From Octopus bimaculoides (lineage: Eukaryota): 35,606 bases of DNA. The notes under the pieces were generated by a model. That model did no database searches. It was given only the letters and a program-made list of their open reading frames with translations, and was not told where the DNA came from. A program made the position numbers and the translations under genes. Below, piece by piece: positions 1 to 9,789 of the stretch (position 1 is the first letter of the stretch; each line of letters begins with the position of its first letter). Location: positions 7,961,690 through 7,997,295 of the forward strand of contig NC_069008.1 in NCBI RefSeq assembly GCF_001194135.2, written 5' to 3'.

Positions 1-372
1 AGCCGTACTTCTACAGATCTATCCATCCAGCCGTACTTCTACAGATCTATCCATCCAGCCGTACTTCTACAGATCTATCCATCCAGCCGTACTTCTACAG
101 ATCTATCCATCTAGCCGTACTTCTACAGATCTATCCATCTAGCCGTACTTCTACAGATCTATCCATCTAGCTGTACTTCTACAGATCTATCTATCCAGCT
201 GTACTTCTACAGATCTATCTATCGAGCCGTATTTCTACAGAACTATCTATCGAGCCGTACTTCTACAGATCTATCTATCTAGCTGTACGTCTATAGATCA
301 ATTTATCTAGCTATACTACTATAGAACTTTCTAGTCACACTTCTATAAATCTATCTATGCAGTCATACTTCA
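1..372. repeat. 28-bp tandem minisatellite (AGCCGTACTTCTACAGATCTATCCATCC), about 13 copies, decaying toward the right; runs off the window start
   Basis: Units start at 1, 29, 57, 85, 113, 141, 169, 197, 225, 253, 281; the first three are identical and divergence rises rightwards. Confidence 0.95.
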
Positions 373-459
373 TAGGTCTTCTGGATCAGGATTGAGCTGG
401 AGTTAAACAAAAAGATATCGTTATGCTTGCATCTGCTTTTATCATGCTGCCACAGTATT

Positions 460-783
460 GGCACCAAATGCTTTAGTGGTTAGCGTATTTAGCTCATGAT
501 TGTACGGTTATGAGTTCAACTCCTGGAGTCACATTGTGTCCTTGAGCCAGATGTTTTATTTCATGTTGCTCCAGTTCATTTAGCTGATAAAAAATGAGTT
601 CCACCTGTATTTCAAAGGGGCAGCCTTGTTACACTCTGTGTCGCATTGAATCTTACTGAGAACTAAATTGAAGGTACACATGTCTGTGGAGTGCTCAACC
701 ACTTGCACATTAATTGCATGAGCAGGTTGTTCCGTTGATCAGATCAACTGGAACACTTGTCATCATAACAGATGGAGTGCCAG
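460..783 (+). mobile_element. tRNA-derived SINE, working family B, tail type 1
   Basis: A-box-like TAGTGG, B-box-like GAGTTCAACTCC, then GTGTCCTTGAGC..TTTCATGTTGCTCCAGTT; the body matches 9241-9559 (+) and 19284-19513 (-). Confidence 0.8.
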
Positions 784-910
784 CAGATAATGCTGGCATG
801 AGTCTATTTGAGGAGGTATTTCATAACATAGATGCTTTTGGTGACTTCAACCTTCACTTGTTTGCCAAGTGAAATACTTTCTATGTGTGTGTATGACTAT
901 ATGTTATGCC

Positions 911-1100
911 TATTTTTCCATGCTTGCATGGGATGGATGTAACTTTGTTGGCTGGATGCCCTTCTTGCCACCAACCCCTATCTGTTTCCAGATAAGGTAA
1001 TATTTCCCTATGTCAAGGAAGACACAGCTTGTATGGCAGTGGAGACAATCATACACACACAAAGATCTGCCCTCCACAACACAAGTGTTAATGCTGCTCC
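911..1100 (-). mobile_element. Decayed RTE-tailed non-autonomous retroelement (subfamily C2)
   Basis: TTTTCCATGCTTGCATGGG..GGATGCCCTTC motifs shared with 15327-15592 and 21267-21500. Confidence 0.6.
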
Positions 1101-1149
1101 CCTGCTGAGGAGGGTTGTCCTGCAAAAGCCTTGTGCCATGTTAGAAGCA

Positions 1150-1281
1150 CCCAGCACACACTGTAACTATAGAAACCAAGCCAAGTCAGACTGGAACCAG
1201 GAGCAGCTCTCTGGCCTGTCAGCCCTGGTCAAACTATCCAACCTATGCCAGCATGGAAAATGGACGTATGATGATGACGAT
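1150..1281 (+). mobile_element. 3' part of an RTE-tailed retroelement (family C1)
   Basis: TAGAAACC..CAACCTATGCCAGCATGGAAAATGGACG followed by a (GAT)n tail; homologous to 6650-6827. Confidence 0.75.
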
Positions 1282-1284
1282 ATG

Positions 1285-1324
<40 letters not shown>

Positions 1325-1335
1325 TACGTGTACAT

Positions 1336-1516
1336 AACAGGCTTCTTTCAGTTTCTGTGTACCAATTCCACTCACAAGGCTTGGGTTGGCCCAGAGTAAT
1401 AGTAGCAACCAAGGTTATAGTAGAAGACACTTGTCCAAGGAATCATGCAATGGAACTGAATCTTGAAACATGTGTCTGGGAAATAAGCTTCTAACCATGC
1501 AGCTATATCAGCACCT
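1336..1516 (-). mobile_element. SINE family A, head half
   Basis: Reverse complement of the family A head (AAGCTT..TTCAGTTCCA..CCTTGGACAAGTGTCTTCTACTATA..GAAACTGAAAGAAGCC), abutting (TG)n at 1291-1330. Confidence 0.75.
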
Positions 1517-1546
1517 ACTATATTATATGTGTGCGTGTGTGTTTAT

Positions 1547-1588
<42 letters not shown>

Positions 1589-1619
1589 TATATTATATAC
1601 ATATATATACATGTGTGTG

Positions 1620-2080
1620 TGTTTGAGTATATCCAACCAGTTTTGGAGCCATCTACCTGCTTCTCTATCAAGCTTTCTATTTAACCATCCAATAATTCTC
1701 ATACCTCCTAGCTGTGCATTCCAACAATGTACCTATCTGGGATGCCATTGATCAGAGGTAGATAGGACTGTCCACTGGATCAGAACTAGCTTAGGGTTAA
1801 CCATCTATTTGCCAGCCTCTTTAGCTCTCTACCCACTCATCGGATCATCCTTCCAACCAACTAGTCATCCACCCATCCTTTATGCCACTCACCCATTCAT
1901 CTTTCATGCCATATATAGATCAGCCAGCCAGCCACCCAATCATCCATCCACCTTCCATCCGAGTCATACATTCATTTAGTCTTTCATCCACCCACTTGTC
2001 CAAACAATATTCAGAATATTCATCTACCCTCCCATTCAATCATCCTTACTAGTCACCCAACGAGTCATTCAACCATCCAG
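1620..2080. repeat. Degenerate (ATCC/CATC)n low-complexity region
   Basis: Recurrent CCATCCA/TCATCCA motifs. Confidence 0.5.
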
Positions 2081-2091
2081 AGTTGAATTTA

Positions 2092-2659
2092 CCCTTTTGA
2101 TACCAACCTGCCTGAAACCACCACTGGTTCTTAAGATACAAACTTCTGGGTTTAAAATTATCTAAAGCAAAACATTCCATTAAAATTTTGAACTAATTTA
2201 TGTTCCAAACACCTGCTTGATAAGGACAATGGCACATGGCTCAGTGGTCAGAGTATCAGGTTCACAATCATGAGGTAAGGAGTTCAATTCCCAGACCAGG
2301 CAGTGTTCTTGGGTAAGACACTTTATTTCACGTTGCTCCAGTTCACTCAGCTGTAGAAATGAGTTGCAGTGTCACTGGTGCCAAGCTGTATTGGCCCCTT
2401 TGCCTTCCCCTTGGATAACATCGATGGTGTGGAGAGGGGAGGCTGGTATGCATGGGCGACTGCTGGTCTTCCATAAACAACCTCGTCTGGACTTGTGTCA
2501 CAGAGGGTAATTTTCTAGGTACAATTCCATAGTTTTTCATGACCAAGGGAAGGGGGTCTTTAATAAAGACAAAGTTATTTTAATAAATTCTTTATTAAGT
2601 TTCAAAATTAATTGTAACAAAAAACTGTGTATTTCAAAAGAAATATGGTAATAAAAGGG
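2092..2659. mobile_element. TTAA-type (piggyBac-like) MITE, family D, interrupted by a SINE
   Basis: Ends CCCTTTTGATACCA...TGGTAATAAAAGGG with TTAA-like flanks (TTTA, TTAC); an inverted partial copy lies at 12390-12600. Confidence 0.65.
2230..2559 (+). mobile_element. SINE family B, tail type 2, nested in MITE D with a 13-bp TSD
   Basis: A box TGGCTCAGTGG, B box GAGTTCAATTCC; TSD TTGATAAGGACAA (2217-2229) and TTAATAAAGACAA (2560-2572), 11/13 identical. Confidence 0.85.
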
Positions 2660-2853
2660 TTACACCAAGTGAGGCCCTTGGATCACTAGATTTAAATCCA
2701 GCTGTGATGGCAATAGTGGGCCCCTGCAATTTTGCAAACATAATTTTCAAATGTTGAGATGTAGACAATAGGAATGTGCATTGTTAAAAACAGTCCTGTT
2801 AGTAATCAAAATTCAAAGAACTTTTACATTTCCGGCATATTACATGACTTTAA

Positions 2854-3053
2854 CTCCTTGACATTTAAACTGACCGACCAAAATATTCTACCGGTTTTAT
2901 GTTAAAACTGACCAGATCCAGTCTCTCACACCTACCCTATAAGGTCACTGTAAAAATACACAATCACATCATCAAAATCTCAACGTTACAAGATAATGTG
3001 TGATTAATTCAAAATGGTGTCAATAAATAAGCATTACATTTGACTAAATAGGG
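2854..3053. mobile_element. TTAA-type MITE, family E
   Basis: TTAA..CATTTAAAC...AATAAATAAGCATTACATTTGAC..GGG; homologous to 17162-17339, 20284-20450 and 24983-25128. Confidence 0.65.
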
Positions 3054-3622
3054 CTAATGTCTGCCAGCACATGGAGAGCTTCTGAAGTGTTGTTGTAGCC
3101 TTGTTCATTTGTTTGGATAATACATTGCTGTTAGCTGCCCTCTTATTATTATCATATCAAAAGAAAACATGCTATAAGTATTTTTAAAAAGCACTACTTA
3201 AAAAGAGCTAATTCAAAAGATAAGATAATAAAACAGATCTCATTAAATCCAAGAGGAATAAACAGTTGGAAGAGGCCCCAAAACTTAAATTTAATGATTA
3301 TCTTTAAATCTAAAAGGGCCCAATAAATCAAACAAGGTTCAATAATTTTAGAAAAACTCTACCTGATTAAAAACTGGATCTGGTCAGTTTTAACATAAAA
3401 AAACAATTACATATTATTTGATTACTGTAAATATATATTTTTAATTTTTAACTCCAAATTTTAGGCATCTCAGAGTTAAAGAGGAGCTTTTGGACTTTGA
3501 GCTCTCAAAACTAAACAATCACATCACCAAATCTCAAAGTTGCAAGATACCCCCAGATTAATGCTTTTGATACCAACCTGGCTGAAACCACCTCTAGCTG
3601 TGTCGTACAAATGTTTTGTTTC

Positions 3623-3945
3623 TAGGGCTTTGGTCAGCCTGAGGCAATAGCAGAAAACATTTGCCCAAGTGCCAACCAGTGGGACTGAACCTGGAACCAT
3701 GCGGTTGGGAAGCTAACTTCTTACCACACAGCCTATGTGTGTGTGTGTGTCTTTATGTCTGTCTCCATGCCCCAGCAGCACTTGACAACCAGTGTTGGTG
3801 TGTTTACGTATCTGTAACTTAGCAGTTTGGCATAAGAGACCGACAGAATAAATACTAGGCTTAAAAAAAAAACCATCTTGGGTTTGATTTGTTTGACTAA
3901 AACCCTTCAAGACGTTGTCGTAGCATGACCGCAAAAAGGATATTA
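3623..3945. mobile_element. SINE family A: minus-strand head (3623-3735) back-to-back with plus-strand tail (3736-3945), joined at (TG)n
   Basis: Each half aligns by eye to the full copy at 10695-11085, in opposite orientations. Confidence 0.7.
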
Positions 3946-4759
3946 CCAGCATTTCAGTGGTGGCTTTGACCATGCTGGCATGAGCTGGACAGGACTGCTT
4001 GAGGACGTATTCCATAACCAGAGGCTCCTGCTGATGTCAACCCTTGCTTCTTTCCCAAGATACTTTATTCCATGTCCTCAAATATCAGTGTGCAGCTGGA
4101 CACATTTTATTTATGGGAGACATGAATCATGAATATCACCAACTGAAGAAGAGTCAAATAAAAGCTAGTACACACACACACACACACACATTATATATGT
4201 CATATATACTAATTTAAAAGCTGCACTCCATGCAGACTCCTCAGCTAGCTCCTGCAGAGGGCTAACTGGTCCCAAAAGTAAATAAAGAGCAATAATAATA
4301 AAGCATTTATTGGTACCTTACCAATACGGTATTACTTTAAATTCAGTTTAAATGAAAATACACTCAATTCTCTTTTTGCACGGCTTTGAAATAACTCAGT
4401 CAAACAAAAAGAACTGATTATTTTTTTTTACTTTAACACGGTTTAAACATCTCTCCTTGTGTGACCACTGAATTTATTGCAAGTGGCAAGTAAACAATTA
4501 AGTAACAACAATCAATTATAATTTACAAAATGCCGAAACTCTATATAACATGATTAAGTAACAACTTAGCAAAATAAAATAGAATCCATTCTATTTTTTC
4601 TGTATAGTGATCCTCCCCCACTCTCCGGTGTGGGTGGGACCTATGCACTGTAAATAATTCTGGCTGCGTGTAACTGCTCCATAACACAGCATGCGGCAGC
4701 AACAGGTCTAATACGAAAGCTATATCATGTGTTTCATCCTCTGCTATATTTTTTTATTT

Positions 4760-6330
4760 GTGATCATGATAACCTACCCCAAGATCAATATTTTGGATCA
4801 TCTTTGTAAGGGCAAAAGTGCAGTGTCCTTGGGTAGAGCTTTCTGCCTGAACAAAGTTACAACAAGAACAATCAAAGGGAATGATGCTGTCATTAGAATC
4901 TGTAGCTTCTGGAACAAAATTATCTGCCAAATTGTCGTCATACACAAGAGACATGATTCAAGAAAACATGGAGAAGGCTTTAATAAAATGGACAGAAGAA
5001 AACAATCAAAAAAGGATACCAATAGATGGTAAAACCATAAAACAGATGGCATTACGATTTCACAAGAAGATTAATGATCTGGAGTCATCAAGTGCGTTAC
5101 ATCTGTCTAGTGATAAAAAGAAGAATGAATTTGCTGCAAGTACAAGATTCCTGGAAAGACACGCACTGCATGATATAAAAATGAGAGGTGAAATTTCATT
5201 GGCAGATAAGACAGCTGCTGAAGAATTTCTTCCAAAACTAGCCAAAATAATTGAAGGTGGCGGTTACATTTCAGACCAAGTTTTCAATGCAGATGAANNN
5301 NNNNNNNCAGACCAAGTTTTCAATGCAGATGAAACTGGTCTCTTTTGGAAAAACTGCCAAACAGAAAGTATATAGCAAAATCAGAGAAAAGTGCCAGTAG
5401 TTTTAAGGCAGCTAAAGACTGTGAAACTTTCTTGTTATGTAGCAACATTTCAGGAGATTGTTTGTTAAAACCGTTATTAATTAATTGGTCAGTTCAATTA
5501 ATTAATTAATAAATTGATCAGTTATTAATTAATTGATCATGCATCTACATGCTACGAAAGGCATAGACTTAAGTAAGTTACCAGTTACCAATAAAAAATC
5601 ATGGATGACAGCAGAAATATTTACAGGAATGGCTTAAGAACTGCTTTGTTCTTGAAGTAAGAAGATAAAGGTCTTGAGCTTCAAGTCCTTCTACTTATAG
5701 ACAATGCACCCGGTCACCCAGACTAGGAACACCCAAATGTAAAAGCCTTATTCTTGCCACCTAACACATTGCTAGTTCAACCGCTTGATCAGGGTATAAT
5801 TTCAACATTCAAATCATATTATATCCAGTGAACATTTGAATATATTATTGATGAACTAGAAAAACATGGTACACTTTCAATCATTCAAGCATGGAAAAAA
5901 TTTACTATAATTAATTGTATTAAATATGCTGCCGTGGCTTTATCCAAATTAAAGCCATCCACCCTAAATGCATGGTGGAGATCACTTTGGCTAGAATGTG
6001 TAAAGCCTAAAAATCTTGTATCTAACAAATATGAATTACATTCTGATGTCATTACTTTGTCACATCAGATTGACAGAGAAGGTTTTGAAGAATTAACAAT
6101 TGAAGATATTGCAGAATTAAAAATTGACGAAGCTCCTAATGAAGAACAAATTATAGAGAGTATTTCAGAGAATGTATATGATTTCAAGTTAGTTTATAGT
6201 AGCGATGATGAAGAAGTGGTTCCACTATCTGCAAGTACAATTCTAGAAGGCCTCCAAATAGCCAATAACCTTGGAAATCATTTTCTTATAAATGATAACA
6301 ATGTTGAACGAGCTATGCAATTCTAAGAGG
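4760..6330 (+). pseudogene. Decayed pogo/Tigger-family (Tc1/mariner superfamily) transposase: HTH_psq + CENP-B-type HTH + DDE domain
   Basis: Translations across frameshifts and stops: KINILDHLCKGKSAVSLGRAFCLNKVTTRTIKGN; MEKALIKWTEENNQKRIPIDGKTIKQMAL; DQVFNADETGLFWK; KGIDLSKLPV..NKKSWMTAEIF; LLIDNAPGH (D at 5700); FLPPNT..QPLDQGIISTFK (D at 5787). TIRs not confidently found. Confidence 0.93.
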
Positions 6331-6424
6331 GTATAATAGGTAGAACAAATGGAGGCTGAGATACAGGTGTCCCAGACGAATGGACAGACAGAATTTCATG
6401 TTTACTATTATTATTTTATATATA

Positions 6425-6788
6425 TGGGCTGTGTGTGAGAAGACCCGGCAAGCCAAGTAAGATCGTTGCCAGTGCCCCTGGACTGGTTCTTGTGCGGGTG
6501 GCACATGAGATGCACCATTTTGAGCGTGGCCGTTGCCAGTACCGCCTGACTGGCTCCTGTAGGATTTTCGAGCGAGATCGTTGCCGGTGCCCCTGGACTG
6601 GCTTGTGCGGGTGGCACATAAAAGACACCNNNNNNNNNNACTACACTCTCTGAGTGGTTGGCGTTAGGAAGGGCATCCAGCTGTAGAAACTCTGCCAAAT
6701 CAGACTGGAGCCTGGTGTTGCCATCCGGTTTCACCAGTCCTCAGTCAAATCGTCCAACCCATGCTAGCATGGAAAGCGGACGTTAAAC

Positions 6789-6827
<39 letters not shown>
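6425..6827 (+). mobile_element. Young RTE-tailed non-autonomous retroelement with a 5' VNTR (family C1)
   Basis: GC-rich repeats of about 58 bp, then GGTTGGCGTTAGGAAGGGCATCCAGCTGTAGAAAC, then CCCATGCTAGCATGGAAAGCGGACGTTAAAC(GAT)n; near-identical to 16379-16600 and 35378-35606; flanked by (TA)n. Confidence 0.88.
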
Positions 6828-7221
6828 ATATATATAAGCATCTGCTTTTGCTTGCATGTGTGTCTGTATTTATATATATGTATTTACATACAGAGATATA
6901 TATACACACACACACAAACATACACCGTTTTTCTTTTTTAATTTAGAGGATATAAAACTTTGCTGTCTCCCTTTAATTACTCTCCTTCCAACTTTTCCCT
7001 GAAGGACAGTCTGAAATATTAAATTCTTCACACCCTCATGGTAACATTTTGTCAATTTTATGAAATAATACAAGTCTTATTGACACAAACCAATGCCAGT
7101 CAAGTTGGAACCTGTTTGACTGCGTGAACATTACAGATATTAAATATATTTCGTTTTTGGATTTGGTTTGCAGGATTCTTTATGTGAGTTCTTGTATTGA
7201 AGCATATTCTGTTTTGTCTGG

Positions 7222-7325
7222 GGAGAGTCATTCTCTTTTGGTGCCTTATAATTTAACACACTCACTGGTAAAATTTCCGGTGAGTGTGTTAAATTATAAG
7301 GCTCCAAAAGAGAATGATTCTCTCC
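7222..7325. repeat. Near-perfect hairpin, arms of about 47 bp, 8-nt loop
   Basis: 7222-7268 is the reverse complement of 7277-7325 with about 3 differences. Confidence 0.92.
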
Positions 7326-7329
7326 ATAC

Positions 7330-7372
<43 letters not shown>

Positions 7373-7373
<1 letters not shown>

Positions 7374-7861
7374 CATGGAAAATGTGAATAAGAGAAATAA
7401 TATTCTCAAGATTATAAACCTGGAAAAGTACAGGACAAGTTATTACACTTCAGAAGGTTCAGGATAAGCTATTACAAGTCATTACAAAGTACAGAACAAG
7501 AAAATTTTTGCTTAAAATATTGCAGCTAAGGATAAAATTTCAAATAAAATATTTAAATTTAGAAAATATTAGCTTTGATTAAAACTAAAAATTTTATTAT
7601 ATTTGTTATTACTTGTTACTTCTTAACAAAATGATGGTAACCGTTTTTAATTATAATATTACTTTGTAAATTAAAATCAAATAATTTTTAATATTCAAAT
7701 TTTATCCTTAAGCTGCAATATTTTAAGTAAAAATATCCTTGTTCTGTACTCTACCAGATGTAATAAGTTGTCCTGAACTTTTCCAAGTGTAATAATTTGT
7801 CCTGTACTTTTCCAGGTTTAATCTTAAGAATATTATTTCTCTTGCTTGCATTTTTCCATGT
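7373..7861. mobile_element. Foldback-type MITE with TIRs of about 180 bp containing internal sub-repeats
   Basis: ACATGGAAAA..AAGAGAAATAATATTCT..CCTGGAAAAGTACAGGACAA..TATTGCAGCTAAGGATAAAATTT is mirrored at about 7697-7861; AT-rich spacer between the arms. Confidence 0.85.
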
Positions 7862-8505
7862 AATCCATGTTTTTTTCAGGCTATTATGCTAATTAATAAT
7901 GTGTCAATTAATAACTTAAGATTTTACCTTATTGTAAATTACCTCAATGATGCCAGTGACATATATTAAAAGTCCCCTTATAGAACTATATTCATAAGAA
8001 AGTATAAAACTATATTATCATCCTCAAACTTGAGATACAAACACTCATAACTTATTTCTTTTAAAATTTCATTACATGAGACTGATACCATGAAATTCCT
8101 CGAATTGAGCCCTATCATTTAAGCTTAATTAAAATAGTGTTTGTTTTTAAAATGAAAAAGTTAATTATACTTAAATCCAATTTTCTGTGTTATATTTTTT
8201 TTCATATTTTACCTCACAATTTTTTTGATACAAAGTTTTGTTGTACAAGACCAAAATTATGAAATTCCTCATGCTTTCTTCTATCACTGAAGAAATAAGA
8301 TAAGAAAAAGTTATTTAGATCTAATCTTGATTGGAGGCATTACTTACTCTCCTATAATGTTGCTACAAATTTTGATGTAAACTTTTTTCTACTGGACCAA
8401 ATCTCAATTTTTTTATGCCAAAATGTAGCAATTTGGTTGAGAACTGAATTAGCAACAAAGCTCTGAAGATGCTGTATGTGAAAACAGTAGTTGAATGATA
8501 TATGA

Positions 8506-8546
<41 letters not shown>

Positions 8547-8657
8547 TAAACACTGAGTCAAAAATAAAAAAAGGAAACAGAGACCTAGCAGCAATTATTA
8601 GCAGCAACTTTTTTAAAAAAAAAAAAGGAAATTATTTCAAAACATTTTCTACTATAG

Positions 8658-8946
8658 CAGGGTTTCTCAACCATTTTTCACCTATGGACCCCTTTGATTC
8701 TCAATTTATTTGGATCCTCCTAGCCATTCGATGTGTAAAAAAAATCCTATTATATTTTTAGAATTACATATTATTAGGAATTGTATAAAAAATTGTTAAA
8801 ATATTTTGTGTATTGCAGAAGTAAAACCAATTTATTGCAGATAAATTTCAACAACAAAATTTTATATAGATCCTCAAGGACCATATAGATCCTCAAGGAC
8901 CATATAGACCCTCAAGGACCATATAGACCCTGATTGAGAACCATTG
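8658..8946. mobile_element. hAT (Charlie-like) MITE inserted into the tail of a family M SINE
   Basis: TIRs CAGGGTTTCTCAA / TTGAGAACCATTG; 8-bp flanks TACTATAG / CGCAATAG; internal 19-bp tandem ATATAGATCCTCAAGGACC x3 at about 8866-8930. Confidence 0.75.
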
Positions 8947-9142
8947 CGCAATAGGCACAAGGCCTGAAATTTCAGGAGTGAACTAGTCAATTTATAGACC
9001 TCTGTACTTATTTTATCGAACCTAAAGAGATGAAAGGCAAGACTGACCTCAATAGAGTTTGAACTCAAAACATAAAACTGGAAAGAATTGCCACTAAGCA
9101 TTTTATGCAATCAGCTAACGATTTTGTCAGCTCACTGCCTTT
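8947..9142 (-). mobile_element. tRNA-derived SINE, family M
   Basis: AGGCACAAGGCCTGAAATTT...TTTGAACTC...CTAACGATTTTGTCAGCTC; same layout as the copies at 24.7-27.4 kb. Confidence 0.75.
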
Positions 9143-9240
9143 ATCATTTCAAGAAATTGAAAATTAATTATCAAAATTAATTTACATGCTTGGAGTTGGG
9201 GAGGATATTATCTTTGTTTTATATCATATATAATGAGGAA

Positions 9241-9559
9241 GGGTGAAGGTTAGTGGTTAGGTTATTCGGCTGACGACTGTAAGGTCGTGAGTTCAATTCC
9301 TGGCAACACGTTATGTCCTTGAGCAAGACACTTTACTTCATGTTGCTTCAGTCCATTCACCTGGCAAAAAAGAGTTGTACAGGTAATACAAAGGGCCAGC
9401 CTTGTCACATTCTGTGTAACGCTGCATCTTCCTGAGAACTACATTAGGGGTACACGTGTCTGTGGAGTGCTCAGCCACTTGCATATTAATTTCACGAGCA
9501 GGCCGTTCCGCTGATTGGATCAACTGGAACCCTCGCTGTCGTCACCAACAAAGTGCCAG
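9241..9559 (+). mobile_element. SINE family B, tail type 1
   Basis: TAGTGGTTAG, GAGTTCAATTCC, TGTCCTTGAGCAAGACACTT; the body matches 460-783. Confidence 0.85.
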
Positions 9560-9789
9560 CTTTTTTTTTTAATGAAGAAGGACTGGTTAGAAGTGATGAC
9601 TGCTGATCCCACAAAACTTTCTGAATGAGATTCACCAAGACTGTAAAGAGTAAGCCAGTGTGCTAGAAGGAGATGCACCCAGAGCAGAAAAACATAATTA
9701 AAACACACATAAAAATGATAACAATGGCAGTAGGTCAATAAAAGATGAATACTGTAGTTGACCTGCTAGAAATAGCAGCTAAGTCTTAC

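Noticed and set aside
4590-4720. Left TIR of the Tigger element (TATAGTGATCCTCC)
   Set aside because: No matching inverted copy was found to the right of the ORF, where later insertions begin at about 6425.
5272-5333. Apparent duplication of the DQVFNADE catalytic motif
   Set aside because: Identical 26-bp flanks around a 10-N gap indicate an unresolved contig overlap. The same pattern occurs at 14115-14156.
6365-6425. Helitron/Helentron-like end (GACGAATGGACAGACAG...TTTTATATATAT)
   Set aside because: Too short, single copy in the window, and no diagnostic hairpin or CTRR end.
7925-8100. Possible small minus-strand coding exon ending GLLIYVTGIIE|GTAATT
   Set aside because: Acceptor ambiguous, upstream in-frame stop, and AT-rich sequence where such motifs arise by chance.
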